From positions 62,001 to 126,000 of the IMG/VR virus record IMGVR_UViG_3300021511_000003: a DNA stretch of 64,000 nt. One strand, 5' to 3'. A program made the translations under genes and the position numbers. Below, one piece after another: positions 37,870 to 48,032 of this stretch. Within the stretch, counting starts at the first letter, position 1. Each line of letters begins with the position of its first letter. A model generated the notes under the pieces. That model was not told where the DNA came from, did no database searches, and saw only the letters and a list, made by a program, of their open reading frames with translations.

Positions 37870-38301
37870 TTATCCATTATTTTTTGGTGAATCAAGTCCT
37901 GTAAGATCCACAACTTCTTCTTCACCTTTTTCTTTATTTGGTTCATGTTCAGAATCTAAATTTTCAAGTAAATATTCAAACTCTCCAATGTGTGCTTTTT
38001 CTTCATTTGCAATTTCGAGTAAAACTTTTTTAATATTGGTGTTATTTGTTTCACTTGCCATTTTTTCGTAAAGATTCACTGCATCATATTCAGCGATACA
38101 AGCAAGGTGTAATATAGCCATATCTTTTCTTGGACTATTTGTCATATTACTAATTTCATCCATTTGAATAAACAACTCATTTAATAAATCTTTTGGTTCA
38201 GGAATATCCACTTCCATTAAAATTGTTTCAGTATTTTCCTTAACCTTAATTTTATTAGGTCTCATGTTAAGATTTTTGAGTCTATTTAAATAGTCTGACA
38301 T
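37870..38301 (-). CDS. Ferritin-like / rubrerythrin-family protein
   Basis: AEYDAVNLYE...IANEEKAHIGEF. Confidence 0.8.
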   Translation of the reverse strand: MSDYLNRLKNLNMRPNKIKVKENTETILMEVDIPEPKDLLNELFIQMDEISNMTNSPRKDMAILHLACIAEYDAVNLYEKMASETNNTNIKKVLLEIANEEKAHIGEFEYLLENLDSEHEPNKEKGEEEVVDLTGLDSPKNNG

Positions 38302-38302
38302 C

Positions 38303-38806
38303 TTAATATACTCCCAATTCCTTTAAATATTTATGCATACCCATCGATTTCATTTTAATTCTGAAAAACTCTGATATTGTTGGTGCATAAGGTGTTTTTA
38401 CTAAAAACATATGCGCTTCAGAGGGGGTTCTGTCATTTTTTTTATTATTACATGGTTTACATGCAGATACACAATTTTCAAACGAACTTTTTCCACCTTT
38501 AGATACAGGTATAACGTGGTCAATTGTTAATTCATTATTACTTCCACAATATTGACATTTGAATCTATCTCGGATAAAAATGTTTTTCTTTGTGAAGGGA
38601 ACTCTATTTTTATATAACATTCTGATAACTTTAATAAGTTTCATTACTAGTGGTATTTTTATAAACGAACCATCTACACATTTTATTTCTCTATCATCAT
38701 ATTTAAGAACTTCAGTCTTGCCTTTAATTACAAGGCATAATGCTCTTTTCCAATTTACTGTGTTTAAGAATGTGTAGTCTCCGTTTAATATTATACATCT
38801 TTCCAT
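38303..38806 (-). CDS. HNH endonuclease (bacterial McrA-like type, unrelated to the repeated family)
   Basis: LN.DY...WKRA..LV..GK.EV; RDRFKCQYCG..LTIDHVIP.SKGG...ENCVSACKPCN. Confidence 0.85.
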   Translation of the reverse strand: MERCIILNGDYTFLNTVNWKRALCLVIKGKTEVLKYDDREIKCVDGSFIKIPLVMKLIKVIRMLYKNRVPFTKKNIFIRDRFKCQYCGSNNELTIDHVIPVSKGGKSSFENCVSACKPCNNKKNDRTPSEAHMFLVKTPYAPTISEFFRIKMKSMGMHKYLKELGVY

Positions 38807-38847
38807 TTTTTACATAACTCCTTATATATAATTTACCATGTCTATTT

Positions 38848-39057
38848 TTATGGATTCAACTTTAATATTTTCCATTTGTTATATGATTCTTTTACATACA
38901 AAGTTTTAAATTTATTTACATCAGACATATCTATAAAAATTTTACTACCGTTAATATGTGGTGATACACCAACAACATAACCATCTCGTATCATAATTTT
39001 AGTACCTTTCACACCAAAATCTACATCATCTTTTGTTAATGTAATTTCTAATAACAT
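38848..39057 (-). CDS. Hypothetical protein
   Basis: 69 aa, TAATG-coupled. Confidence 0.6.
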   Translation of the reverse strand: MLLEITLTKDDVDFGVKGTKIMIRDGYVVGVSPHINGSKIFIDMSDVNKFKTLYVKESYNKWKILKLNP

Positions 39058-39560
39058 TATTTACTCCTTTTATCCCAAGGTAATTTTGTCGTACTTTCTA
39101 ATTCTTCATCATCTTCAACCGGAGATGGGCTTTTCTGTGTATTTACTTCATTTAATATTTTGCCTTTGAACAACATATATTGTTGTTTTTTATATTCTTT
39201 TTTCTTGCCTACTACTGCTATATTAATTAAATGATAAAGTCCTTTTACTTTATGACCCTTAAATTCTATAGCGATATGTGCCGTTCCGAATTTATGAATT
39301 ATACATTGACCATCATCCCATTTTTTTAACTTACCTTCACCATAACCTTTTTTTATAGTACCCAAAAATAAGGCTTCCTCTTTTGTATGATTATGTGTTC
39401 TAATTGCTAGAACTTTTTTCCCTGGCTTTAAAGGAATACCTTTTCTTACAGCGAATGACATCCAAATATTTTTCTTATTGGGCATTTCAAACCTTAAATC
39501 CCAATGTAGTCTTGCCTTTTTAGCATCATGCTCAACTACAATAAATTTTGATTTTATCAT
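39057..39560 (-). CDS. Stand-alone LigD 3'-phosphoesterase (PE) domain
   Basis: FIVVEHDA..ARLHWDLRFE, SFAVRKG, LAIRT.NH, GYGEG...WDDG. Confidence 0.85.
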   Translation of the reverse strand: MIKSKFIVVEHDAKKARLHWDLRFEMPNKKNIWMSFAVRKGIPLKPGKKVLAIRTHNHTKEEALFLGTIKKGYGEGKLKKWDDGQCIIHKFGTAHIAIEFKGHKVKGLYHLINIAVVGKKKEYKKQQYMLFKGKILNEVNTQKSPSPVEDDEELESTTKLPWDKRSK

Positions 39561-39673
39561 TGTAAATCATCTCCAACTCCACCTGTTTTAAATTCATTAC
39601 CAGGAATTGTGCCTGTTGGTTCATATATATCTGTATATAATGATTGTAGGAAGCTTTCTAATAACTGATTCAT
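39557..39673 (-). CDS. 38-aa peptide (MNQLLESFLQSLY...)
   Basis: ATGA overlaps with both neighbours. Confidence 0.5.
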   Translation of the reverse strand: MNQLLESFLQSLYTDIYEPTGTIPGNEFKTGGVGDDLQ

Positions 39674-40500
39674 TCCTTTTTACCAACCTTTAATTTTTTT
39701 ATAAATATCTTTATAGCTCCATTCTTATTATTTGATTTAATTGCTTTTTCAAATTCCTTATCATCTAAACAATATTTTATTCTTTCTTCAAGTTCTGGAT
39801 GTTTGTTCAGTATTGTCATTAAAAACAAAAATGGTTTTATAATATTTGGGGGTTTATAATTATTTAAAGCTTTATTTAGCTTCTTTAATGCTGATGCTAA
39901 ATATTTTCCGTAACCATGATTAATTACAAAGAAATCAGCCTGTTTTTCTTTTCTATATGAAGTAGGTCTTTGAACTGCTACTACTAATGAATAATCTAGT
40001 AAGAACAAAATAGGAGCCATCCACCAAGATAAAGAAGCACGTAATATTTGTCGAGCCAATACATTATTACCTTTATCACAAATTAATTTAATTGTTTTTG
40101 TTATAATCTTCTTTTGAAGATATTGACTTAATGCCCTTGCCCCATAAGTTTGAGCCACATTTATTGGAATATGTAAATATCTACTATGAGCTATCTCATG
40201 TAGCATAACAGCAGCAGTTTCATTTAAAGTTAATTTATCTCTACAACCCTTAGTTATATAAACTCTTATCTCACCACTAGATAAAGCATTTGGAAGTTTT
40301 GTATTTAATATTCTAACTTCCCATTTTATTTTTGTATCATTTAAAATTTTTCTAACTTTATCTGTTGCTTCTTTATCTAAAGTGCTGTTTTTAAATAAAA
40401 AATAACTCCATAAAATAGAGGGAATAATTGCTGTAGCAGCAGATATTAAAAATGAAAACATAGTTATTTCTTGTAAAATAATTTCGGTACGTTTACTCAT
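39670..40500 (-). CDS. M48-family zinc metallopeptidase (second copy)
   Basis: PNA, HEIAH, EKQAD, HPELEERI. Confidence 0.82.
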   Translation of the reverse strand: MSKRTEIILQEITMFSFLISAATAIIPSILWSYFLFKNSTLDKEATDKVRKILNDTKIKWEVRILNTKLPNALSSGEIRVYITKGCRDKLTLNETAAVMLHEIAHSRYLHIPINVAQTYGARALSQYLQKKIITKTIKLICDKGNNVLARQILRASLSWWMAPILFLLDYSLVVAVQRPTSYRKEKQADFFVINHGYGKYLASALKKLNKALNNYKPPNIIKPFLFLMTILNKHPELEERIKYCLDDKEFEKAIKSNNKNGAIKIFIKKLKVGKKE

Positions 40501-40516
40501 TTTATTTCTCCATAAC

Positions 40517-40828
40517 TTATATTTTATGTCTTTTAACATCTTTTTTAACTTCAGCAGGTTTCTTACCTTTACCTCTCCAGAATGTGGAACCATGAGCTTC
40601 ATCTTTCAATGCAGCACAGAACCCTTCTGGATTGTCAACTTTACCTTGCATCTTCTTTACACATTTATCAAAGAAGTCTTTTGACTTGGCAGTTCCCTTC
40701 ATTTTACTAGTGAATGTTTTAGTGTATTTTTTAATACTTTTATCAGTCCATCCTTCTGGTTTACCTTCAAAACCAGCTTCAGAAATTCCTTTTTGTAAAT
40801 GATTTAAATAATTATTAATTATTTCCAT
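40517..40828 (-). CDS. Hypothetical basic protein
   Basis: N-terminus MEIINNYLNHLQ shared with the neighbouring gene. Confidence 0.7.
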   Translation of the reverse strand: MEIINNYLNHLQKGISEAGFEGKPEGWTDKSIKKYTKTFTSKMKGTAKSKDFFDKCVKKMQGKVDNPEGFCAALKDEAHGSTFWRGKGKKPAEVKKDVKRHKI

Positions 40829-41486
40829 TTTTATACCTCGTAAAAATAGTTCATTTTGTTTTATTAAATTTGAAATACCTGAACATTGGAACCTTTAACT
40901 TTTATTCTTTCTTTCTTAAATTTTTTCATTAATTCATCTAAAGAAAACACATTTACAAAACCGTAGTATATCATAGATATTATAGGACTGATTTCTTTAT
41001 CTTTCATTTTTTTAGCTCTATTATATGCTCTTATTGTAGATTTAAGAGCAGATGTGCCCAACACTATAGTTGGATATTTTAATATTGTTGCTTTTTCTTC
41101 AGCAGTTCCATTAAATAATTCTAAAAATCCAATACCTTCTAATATCATTCTTTGAGTAGATTTTAGTTTGGTATTTAAACAGTTATAATATATATCATTC
41201 ATTTTATCTATTTCTTTATCATCTATCGGTGGTTCCGGAAATTTCTTTTTAGCAGGCAACCAACATGAATCACCTTCAAAGAATTTAGTTTTATATTTTT
41301 TAGCTAACTTTCTTCCCAATGTACTTTTACCAGATCCTGCTGGACCTACTATTATTAACTTGTTAGATTCGCCACTGATAAATTTATCTATATCAATACC
41401 TATGGTTTTATTTGTAATAATTATTCCTTCTTGTAAATGATTTAAATAATTATTAATTATTTCCATTTTTATACCTCGTAAAAATA
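40793..41486. repeat. 56-bp exact direct repeat (40793-40848 and 41431-41486) covering the RBS and first 12 codons of two genes
   Basis: Identical sequence at both positions. Confidence 0.9.
40864..41466 (-). CDS. P-loop nucleoside/nucleotide kinase-like protein
   Basis: LIIVGPAGSGKSTLGRKLA, FEGD, ILEG. Confidence 0.7.
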   Translation of the reverse strand: MEIINNYLNHLQEGIIITNKTIGIDIDKFISGESNKLIIVGPAGSGKSTLGRKLAKKYKTKFFEGDSCWLPAKKKFPEPPIDDKEIDKMNDIYYNCLNTKLKSTQRMILEGIGFLELFNGTAEEKATILKYPTIVLGTSALKSTIRAYNRAKKMKDKEISPIISMIYYGFVNVFSLDELMKKFKKERIKVKGSNVQVFQI

Positions 41487-41490
41487 AAAG

Positions 41491-41751
41491 TTATCCATAT
41501 ATCCAAACTTGTGGGTCTGGTATACCTGTTATAGATGCTTCTCCTTTTTTTCTCCATATTAAAGTATGTCCTGTAGAAGAAGTAGATGTAAACCATCCTT
41601 CAATAATAATAAACCCTATGTGTACTTGTCTATGACAATTTGGGCATATTTTACATCTATTCCATTTGATGTTCTTTCCGCCATAAACCTTAGATTGAAT
41701 ATGATGAATATCTAGATTTATTTTCTTATTACAAATATCACACTTGGCCAT
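41491..41751 (-). CDS. Small HNH protein
   Basis: CDIC..DIHHI..GG.N..N..ICPNCH..H. Confidence 0.75.
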   Translation of the reverse strand: MAKCDICNKKINLDIHHIQSKVYGGKNIKWNRCKICPNCHRQVHIGFIIIEGWFTSTSSTGHTLIWRKKGEASITGIPDPQVWIYG

Positions 41752-42310
41752 CTTTTTCTTTAAATTCTATTTTATATTCTTCTAATACCATACGTGCTAA
41801 TCCATATGCATCACATAGATTATTATCATCAAATTCAACCCCCCATTTTTTATATGTTTTGAGGAGCATTAACTCTTTCTTCGCATTCCCCTTATCTGCT
41901 ACAAATTTCTTTAATGTTCCTGGTGTTATAATTTCATAATTTACACCACGCTTTAAAAAATTGAGTCGAAGTAAAAAATGTAATGCTCCCATTTGAAGGA
42001 CAGCCTGTCCTGCACTTTGATATGATGGTCCTTCCATATATACTTTATACAAATTCATAATGGTAGGAATAAATCTTGTGGCTTTTTCAATATCGAGAAG
42101 ACGTTCTTCAACTTCACCTGGTTTTGCTTTATAAAGTATTTGCTTAAGAATATTAGCTTTTTTATCTATTATAACTATACCCATACCATTAAAAGATGGG
42201 TCAATCCCAACAAAAATCGGGTCTCGAATTTTTCTTTTATCAGGTTTCTTTTGTAGTATATTTTTCTTTTCACCAACAATAACACCTGTTTTCTTCACAT
42301 CATCTTTCAT
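41738..42310 (-). CDS. ruvC: RuvC-like Holliday junction resolvase
   Basis: VGIDPS, MEG, P.TLKK, GNAKK, DN.CDAYGLA. Confidence 0.85.
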   Translation of the reverse strand: MKDDVKKTGVIVGEKKNILQKKPDKRKIRDPIFVGIDPSFNGMGIVIIDKKANILKQILYKAKPGEVEERLLDIEKATRFIPTIMNLYKVYMEGPSYQSAGQAVLQMGALHFLLRLNFLKRGVNYEIITPGTLKKFVADKGNAKKELMLLKTYKKWGVEFDDNNLCDAYGLARMVLEEYKIEFKEKDGQV

Positions 42311-42445
42311 ATAATATTCCTTTATTCCAAGGTACTTTATTATTTTTTACATTTGGACATGATTGCCAATTTTTACTACAACACCAATTACCATTTTGAA
42401 ATTTAATGATTGCCTCTTTACCACAACCATAATCACACAAGTGTT
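42311..42445 (-). pseudogene. N-terminal remnant of the HNH family
   Basis: LCDYGCGKEAIIKFQNGNWCCSK, frameshift, WQSCPNVKNNKVPWNKG. Confidence 0.7.
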
Positions 42446-42450
42446 TATTT

Positions 42451-43173
42451 TTATCCATGATCAATACGAATATTGGGAATAAACAATCTTTCTAACTTTT
42501 CAATCGTTTCAGCCTTCAATGTTTTTCCTTCATCGAATATTTCGGACTCCAATGGAATTTCCCCAAATGGAGTTCTAAGATTTCCCCCGCCGTATCTTTT
42601 TCTAATACGACCAAGAGAAACCATAATATCTGCCAATGCTAGATTTAAAAAATGTATATGAAGATCGTTCGGAATTTCACTAAAATCTTCTGACGACATT
42701 CTTTCATATTCAACTGTACACTTTTGTAATTCATTAAATGGGTACGGAGAAATACGAATTATATTTGGATGTTGAAATTCAAACGTATGATCCCATGACG
42801 AAAACATTTTTGTGCTAATTGATTCGTGAACTCTTAAAGCCATTTCACCAAGTTCATGATACGAGAACACTCCCATGGGTGGGTGTCCAAGTGCATACAA
42901 TTCACCTTGATCGAAATAAATATCGATTACATTAAGTATTTCCCTTCCATCCGGTTCATTTAAATAAAATTCATTTGTTCTGCCAGGAACTCTATTTGCT
43001 TCAAGTTGAACATTAAGTGACATTTTTTTTACATCTGGTACATAATATGACCACTCTCGTATTGTTTCTTCTTTTACATATTCAAGTATATCTTCATCAG
43101 ACCACTCTAAATGCATAAACGGAAACCCAAGATTTTTTTTAATATAATTTAATACTCGAGAATCATTTAACAT
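42451..43173 (-). CDS. Neck / head-completion protein (T4 gp13-like)
   Basis: YI..NLG.P...E; LALA....LGRIR.RY; PFGEI.L pattern. Confidence 0.6.
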   Translation of the reverse strand: MLNDSRVLNYIKKNLGFPFMHLEWSDEDILEYVKEETIREWSYYVPDVKKMSLNVQLEANRVPGRTNEFYLNEPDGREILNVIDIYFDQGELYALGHPPMGVFSYHELGEMALRVHESISTKMFSSWDHTFEFQHPNIIRISPYPFNELQKCTVEYERMSSEDFSEIPNDLHIHFLNLALADIMVSLGRIRKRYGGGNLRTPFGEIPLESEIFDEGKTLKAETIEKLERLFIPNIRIDHG

Positions 43174-43192
43174 AATATTTTACCTCATATAA

Positions 43193-44080
43193 TTAACAAA
43201 CTTTATGGGCTAATTTTCCAGTAGAACATTCATCTCTATGACCGTACTTATAATGACACTTTTTACATACAGACCATGCTAAATCAGGATCAAGTGCAAA
43301 AAATGGTTCAAGTTTTTGTGGTCTTTCATGATGAACATGTTCTGCTTTTTTACCACAATATTGACATTTATAATTATCTCTTTTTAAAACAAATTCTCTG
43401 AAAGTTTGATATTCTGCTTGTGTATATAGTTTGTTGTCTATTTTAAATGGATCGCTATATAAATTAAATAAAGGGCACTCATTTTTACACTTATCAGAAC
43501 AATAAAAATAACTACCACCAGACCCAAATTCATTTTCTAATGCCCTAACTCGTTCATATAATTGGGTGTATGAAGGAGTAAACCAACCACCTTGTTCTTT
43601 TGAATTTGGGCAATTATGGTTTTTACATCTAACTTTGAACTCGTTGTTTTTTATTTTAATATCTTCTACCGTACAAAAAAAATTATGATTTTTTATCCAA
43701 TCAATCTTTATTTGAATTGATTTTTTATAGTTATCAACACCATATTTTTTAATACAAGTATTTTTAAAATTATTCTTAAATTTTTCAACTTTACTTACAT
43801 TATCGACACCATATCTTTCAATACATGTTTTTTTTATTTTTTCTTTATTTTCTTTTGTTTTATTTGGGTGATCAACACCATATTTTTTAATACATGTTTG
43901 TTTCGTTTTTTCTTTTATTTTTGATACTTTATTGGGATTATCAACACCATATTTTTTAATACAAGTGTTTTTAAAATTATTTTTAACAGCTTCACATTGA
44001 AAGTGATTCTTACTACAACACCATTTACCATTTTTAAATTGATGATTTGCTTCTTGACCACAACCATATTCACATATCAT
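43193..44080 (-). CDS. HNH homing endonuclease with T(C)IKKYGVDN repeats
   Basis: Family N- and C-termini; four KYGV-type repeats. Confidence 0.85.
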   Translation of the reverse strand: MICEYGCGQEANHQFKNGKWCCSKNHFQCEAVKNNFKNTCIKKYGVDNPNKVSKIKEKTKQTCIKKYGVDHPNKTKENKEKIKKTCIERYGVDNVSKVEKFKNNFKNTCIKKYGVDNYKKSIQIKIDWIKNHNFFCTVEDIKIKNNEFKVRCKNHNCPNSKEQGGWFTPSYTQLYERVRALENEFGSGGSYFYCSDKCKNECPLFNLYSDPFKIDNKLYTQAEYQTFREFVLKRDNYKCQYCGKKAEHVHHERPQKLEPFFALDPDLAWSVCKKCHYKYGHRDECSTGKLAHKVC

Positions 44081-44134
44081 AAAGCATCCTCATCATATTT
44101 ATTTTTTGTTCTAAAATAAAATCATATTCTTACT

Positions 44135-45265
44135 TTATATATATAAAAAGTCGATTGAACTTCCCTCCAAAAATACATTATTTTTTTCAAGAGCTTTTTT
44201 CATAGATTCTAAAGGAAATATTTCACGATCACTTGTAAAATATTTTTCAACTATTTCTCGTTTATCAATCATTTCTGTTTTAACTGGATTTTCGAGTGCT
44301 CTTGATATCAATTCAAATGATACTAATCGTAAATTATTAGATATTGTCTTGTGAGTTACTTCCGCATCAACTATGTTTTTTAGTTTTTTATTTACTATAC
44401 TTGTTGGTACAGGATCTATTAATGGTCTGTTGTTTTCTATTTTTTCATAAATTTCATCCATATTACCAGTCATTGCAATTAACTGATCGAATACTTTAAT
44501 GAAAGTAACAGGTCCAATTCCATTCACACCACTGACATCATCGCCTGGATCGCCAATTACAGCCATTGATAACGGCAAAAAATTATCTGGTATATTAACT
44601 GGTTTCTTTAAAAATGTTTCCATTACTTTTCCAGATTTTAAAATTTTCTTATGTTTACCAGCTTTGGAATATATAAAAACATTATCTTTTAGACATTGCC
44701 ATAAATCATGATCATTCGAATATACTATATTTCCGACTCCATCACCACTCTTTACAAAATTTCGTGTAGTTATATAATAAGGAACAAAATCAGCTTCAAG
44801 GTTTGGAATCCTTACAACTTTAACGCTTGGCATTTTATTACATGCTTTTTCAACTAATTGGTAATTTGCATGTAAGACGCTAAAAAATAAATCACGATCT
44901 ACTTTATCTAAACCGTAAAGATCATCAATACGTCTTGACATCTTGTATCTTTTATCAATATTTTTATGATATAACGATTGTCCTGTTTCAAAAAAGACTA
45001 TAAAATTGATATTAATTCCTCTCTTAACACCATATATTTTGTGAAAAGAAAGGAATGATATCAATGACGAAAACACGGACGTATCCAAGAATTTAGATTG
45101 TTTAGACGCCTCGACTATATTTACAATAGCATGTTCCATATATAAAGATTGCATTACATTCTTTAAATCCATAAATATATTAAGAGTCTTATAATTTCCA
45201 TATGATGCAATTTCGTCAAGAATTGCATAGGTTGGATAATAACTAAGTAAAGAACTTGGGTGCAT
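44135..45265 (-). CDS. 5'-3' exonuclease / T4 RNase H-like flap nuclease
   Basis: YK..R, EAD, SNDHD, GDPGDDVSGVNGIGP (H3TH). Confidence 0.85.
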   Translation of the reverse strand: MHPSSLLSYYPTYAILDEIASYGNYKTLNIFMDLKNVMQSLYMEHAIVNIVEASKQSKFLDTSVFSSLISFLSFHKIYGVKRGININFIVFFETGQSLYHKNIDKRYKMSRRIDDLYGLDKVDRDLFFSVLHANYQLVEKACNKMPSVKVVRIPNLEADFVPYYITTRNFVKSGDGVGNIVYSNDHDLWQCLKDNVFIYSKAGKHKKILKSGKVMETFLKKPVNIPDNFLPLSMAVIGDPGDDVSGVNGIGPVTFIKVFDQLIAMTGNMDEIYEKIENNRPLIDPVPTSIVNKKLKNIVDAEVTHKTISNNLRLVSFELISRALENPVKTEMIDKREIVEKYFTSDREIFPLESMKKALEKNNVFLEGSSIDFLYI

Positions 45266-45376
45266 TTGGATATATCCTTTTATTTATTACTATTATATCA
45301 TGAACTTTTTTAAGCTGACATCATAAAATCTTCTGAACGAATTCTATTTGTAGCTGTAAACTAATATTATTATATA

Positions 45377-46132
45377 TTATTCATCTTTTACTAACGAAGA
45401 TCTTGTAAAAATTATCAATTCACAGTCACCAAGATTCGTTGTAAATGTATTCAATGAAACATCTTGATTTGAATCTTTATACATTTTGAAATTAATATTA
45501 TCATCATGTTCAATTTGAAATGGTATTACACCAAGATTTGCTGAACATTTTTCAAAAACAACATTAGTTGAAATACCTTCTGCAACTTTTGCAAATTGAT
45601 CCTTTGCCTGTGTTCCAGCTTTAATATTAGCCTCTTCACCATCAAGTTCAACCTGAATAGCTTTAATGTTAAAACTTTGTGTAATGATTTTAACTCTATC
45701 AGTAATCATAGTTTCTAATTCATGTTCAAGAATTAAACTATCATCATCTAAATTAAAAACGGCAACCAATTCATCTTCACTCATAAATTTATTATCAATA
45801 AACTGATAAGCTGGACTCATGAATTTTAATTCAGTGAACTGATCTGAAAAGATAAAATATTGGGTACCTTCTGTATTTATTTCAAGATTTACATCTTGAC
45901 CAATAAACATTTTAAATAGATCAAGTTTCTTTTTAATATCTGAAATTGACATTGTTACAGCATCCGTTAAAATGGGAGTTAAATCAATCTGAAAAATAGA
46001 TGTTTTATCATTGCTCCTTTGCCGAATTATACCATTTTTAATATCAATGTCATTACATTCTTCTTTAAGATTAGTAATACATCTCAAAAAGTCACTGAAC
46101 TCTTCTGCATTTAAACTGAAATTTTCACTCAT
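45377..46132 (-). CDS. DNA polymerase sliding clamp (gp45/PCNA-like)
   Basis: 251-aa acidic two-domain protein in the operon with the clamp loader. Confidence 0.6.
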   Translation of the reverse strand: MSENFSLNAEEFSDFLRCITNLKEECNDIDIKNGIIRQRSNDKTSIFQIDLTPILTDAVTMSISDIKKKLDLFKMFIGQDVNLEINTEGTQYFIFSDQFTELKFMSPAYQFIDNKFMSEDELVAVFNLDDDSLILEHELETMITDRVKIITQSFNIKAIQVELDGEEANIKAGTQAKDQFAKVAEGISTNVVFEKCSANLGVIPFQIEHDDNINFKMYKDSNQDVSLNTFTTNLGDCELIIFTRSSLVKDE

Positions 46133-46135
46133 TTA

Positions 46136-46321
46136 TTATTCTCCTTTTGTTTTATTCAAACTAATCAAACCTTTTTTATACATACATTTAATTGCTTTAT
46201 AAATACGTTTTTTATCCATATCTTTCGTTTTTTCACCATAAACTTTATGAATCAAAAAAAGTAAATAGACATCAGGTTTTTCAGATAGTTTTTTAAGTTT
46301 TTTTATTACTTTACCATTCAT
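46136..46321 (-). CDS. Small basic hypothetical protein
   Basis: 61-aa ORF in an operon. Confidence 0.55.
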   Translation of the reverse strand: MNGKVIKKLKKLSEKPDVYLLFLIHKVYGEKTKDMDKKRIYKAIKCMYKKGLISLNKTKGE

Positions 46322-46336
46322 ATAATATATCTCTTT

Positions 46337-46711
46337 CTATTTGATTTTTTTTATTGCTGTTACATATACAAATTTATCTTCCTTTACTTCTTCGGATTTA
46401 ACATGATCCAATGTAACAAAGCATCTCTCAATTCCACCAATAACTTCCATCACTCGTTCAGCAACATTTTTTGCACCTGACTCTTTTGAATTAATTGGTA
46501 TAGAAAAAATCATCATTACAGCATCTTCATCAGCGTAACTACAATTAAACATACATAAATTATTTCCCATGAGTTTATATAACTGATCTTTTGATGCAGC
46601 TTTACAAAATAATGTATAATAATCAGGATTTTCAACAGTCCCTTCGTATTTAATTCCAATCTCTAACGTGTTTTCAAAAATTTCTTTCAAACGTTCTTTT
46701 ACATGACTCAT
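46337..46711 (-). CDS. Hypothetical protein
   Basis: 124-aa ORF with SD. Confidence 0.7.
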   Translation of the reverse strand: MSHVKERLKEIFENTLEIGIKYEGTVENPDYYTLFCKAASKDQLYKLMGNNLCMFNCSYADEDAVMMIFSIPINSKESGAKNVAERVMEVIGGIERCFVTLDHVKSEEVKEDKFVYVTAIKKIK

Positions 46712-46725
46712 ATCAGGTATCTCCC

Positions 46726-47706
46726 TTACATAACAAATTTTATAGGTATAACAGGAGTATCGTTGAAATCCTTTCCTGTTTTATTATAATAAACTGTTAA
46801 TTTATTAATAATATGTTTATTAAAATGTTTCATAGTTTTATAATATTTTCTTTTAATTCCTCTATCTGATAGTATAATTACTTCAGGTTGAAATATTTGC
46901 TCATGAAAAATTATACTTTGAATTAAAGAAAGATATTTTGATGATAATGCAGAAGCATATAAATATACATCGTTTTTAATGTTTAATGAATCATATATGT
47001 GTTCTGAAAAAATATCAAATATTCCTTCTGCTAGAACTATTTTATTTGATTGTGGAGAATTACCTGGTAATTTATAATAATCAAGAAAGTTTGTTTGCTG
47101 TATCTTTAATTTAAAAAATGACATATTATGTGTGTGATCGACATTTCTAAATATTACAGTTGAATTATTTTCTGTTAAAAAACCAACAAAATTATTTTGT
47201 AAATAATCTTTTAATTTAAATATTGTTTCAGTAATAGGAATTCTATTTATTTCAAGGAACTGTTCAACATCATATATCAACCCTTTAATATTAGTTGATG
47301 GTATACTTGAAAATTTCATTCTTTTTTTTATATATAATTCTTTTCCAACCCATCGTTTTTTATCTAATTTTGGTAGTACAATATTAATAGTTTCATTTTC
47401 TTTATCAATAAATATTTCTTTTTTCTTTTTTATTTCATCAAATTGTTTTCTACTAACAAATGTTTCAGAAATATCATGCCCCTCTAATCGTTTTAAAAAT
47501 TTTCTAAGAGTACCATGTTCTTCACAATTAGCATGAAAACAATGGAATATAGGGGCTTCTAAAGAAATATACATATGATAATGATTTTTTGTCTTTTGAT
47601 ATTCACACCAAGGGCACTTTGTAATTATATTCTTTGCTGATACTTTTGTATAACCTAATCTATCTTTGAGATACTCAACAAAATTGTCTTGATATATACC
47701 AATCAT
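46726..47706 (-). CDS. DNA primase (Zn finger plus TOPRIM)
   Basis: CPWC..H...FHCF..C, EGIFD, LSD, KDFN. Confidence 0.85.
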   Translation of the reverse strand: MIGIYQDNFVEYLKDRLGYTKVSAKNIITKCPWCEYQKTKNHYHMYISLEAPIFHCFHANCEEHGTLRKFLKRLEGHDISETFVSRKQFDEIKKKKEIFIDKENETINIVLPKLDKKRWVGKELYIKKRMKFSSIPSTNIKGLIYDVEQFLEINRIPITETIFKLKDYLQNNFVGFLTENNSTVIFRNVDHTHNMSFFKLKIQQTNFLDYYKLPGNSPQSNKIVLAEGIFDIFSEHIYDSLNIKNDVYLYASALSSKYLSLIQSIIFHEQIFQPEVIILSDRGIKRKYYKTMKHFNKHIINKLTVYYNKTGKDFNDTPVIPIKFVM

Positions 47707-48032
47707 AAAATATACTTTGCTTTTGATAAATCACCACCTCTTAGATGTGTGATCCAATCAACAAGTCCTTTTTGATTACAAAGTGAACAACCAAATCCAT
47801 TACAACTACGGCATACAAATTCTCCATTAATTTTTTTAAAACCTGTGTAACCAATACCACCACAGTATACACAATAATTAAGAGAATGTTTATTTGAGAT
47901 ACCAGTTCCTCCGCAGTGACCACATTTTTTAATATTACATTTTTTAAATTCTTCAGGAAATAAATTTTCAAAATCTTTTACTATTTTAAATATTCTATTG
48001 ACTCTTGATAGTTGTTTATAAGTTTCTGTCAT
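47703..48032 (-). CDS. DnaJ-type CxxCxGxG zinc-finger protein
   Basis: CGHCGGTG, CVYCGGIG, CRSCNGFG, CSLCNQKG. Confidence 0.75.
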   Translation of the reverse strand: MTETYKQLSRVNRIFKIVKDFENLFPEEFKKCNIKKCGHCGGTGISNKHSLNYCVYCGGIGYTGFKKINGEFVCRSCNGFGCSLCNQKGLVDWITHLRGGDLSKAKYIL

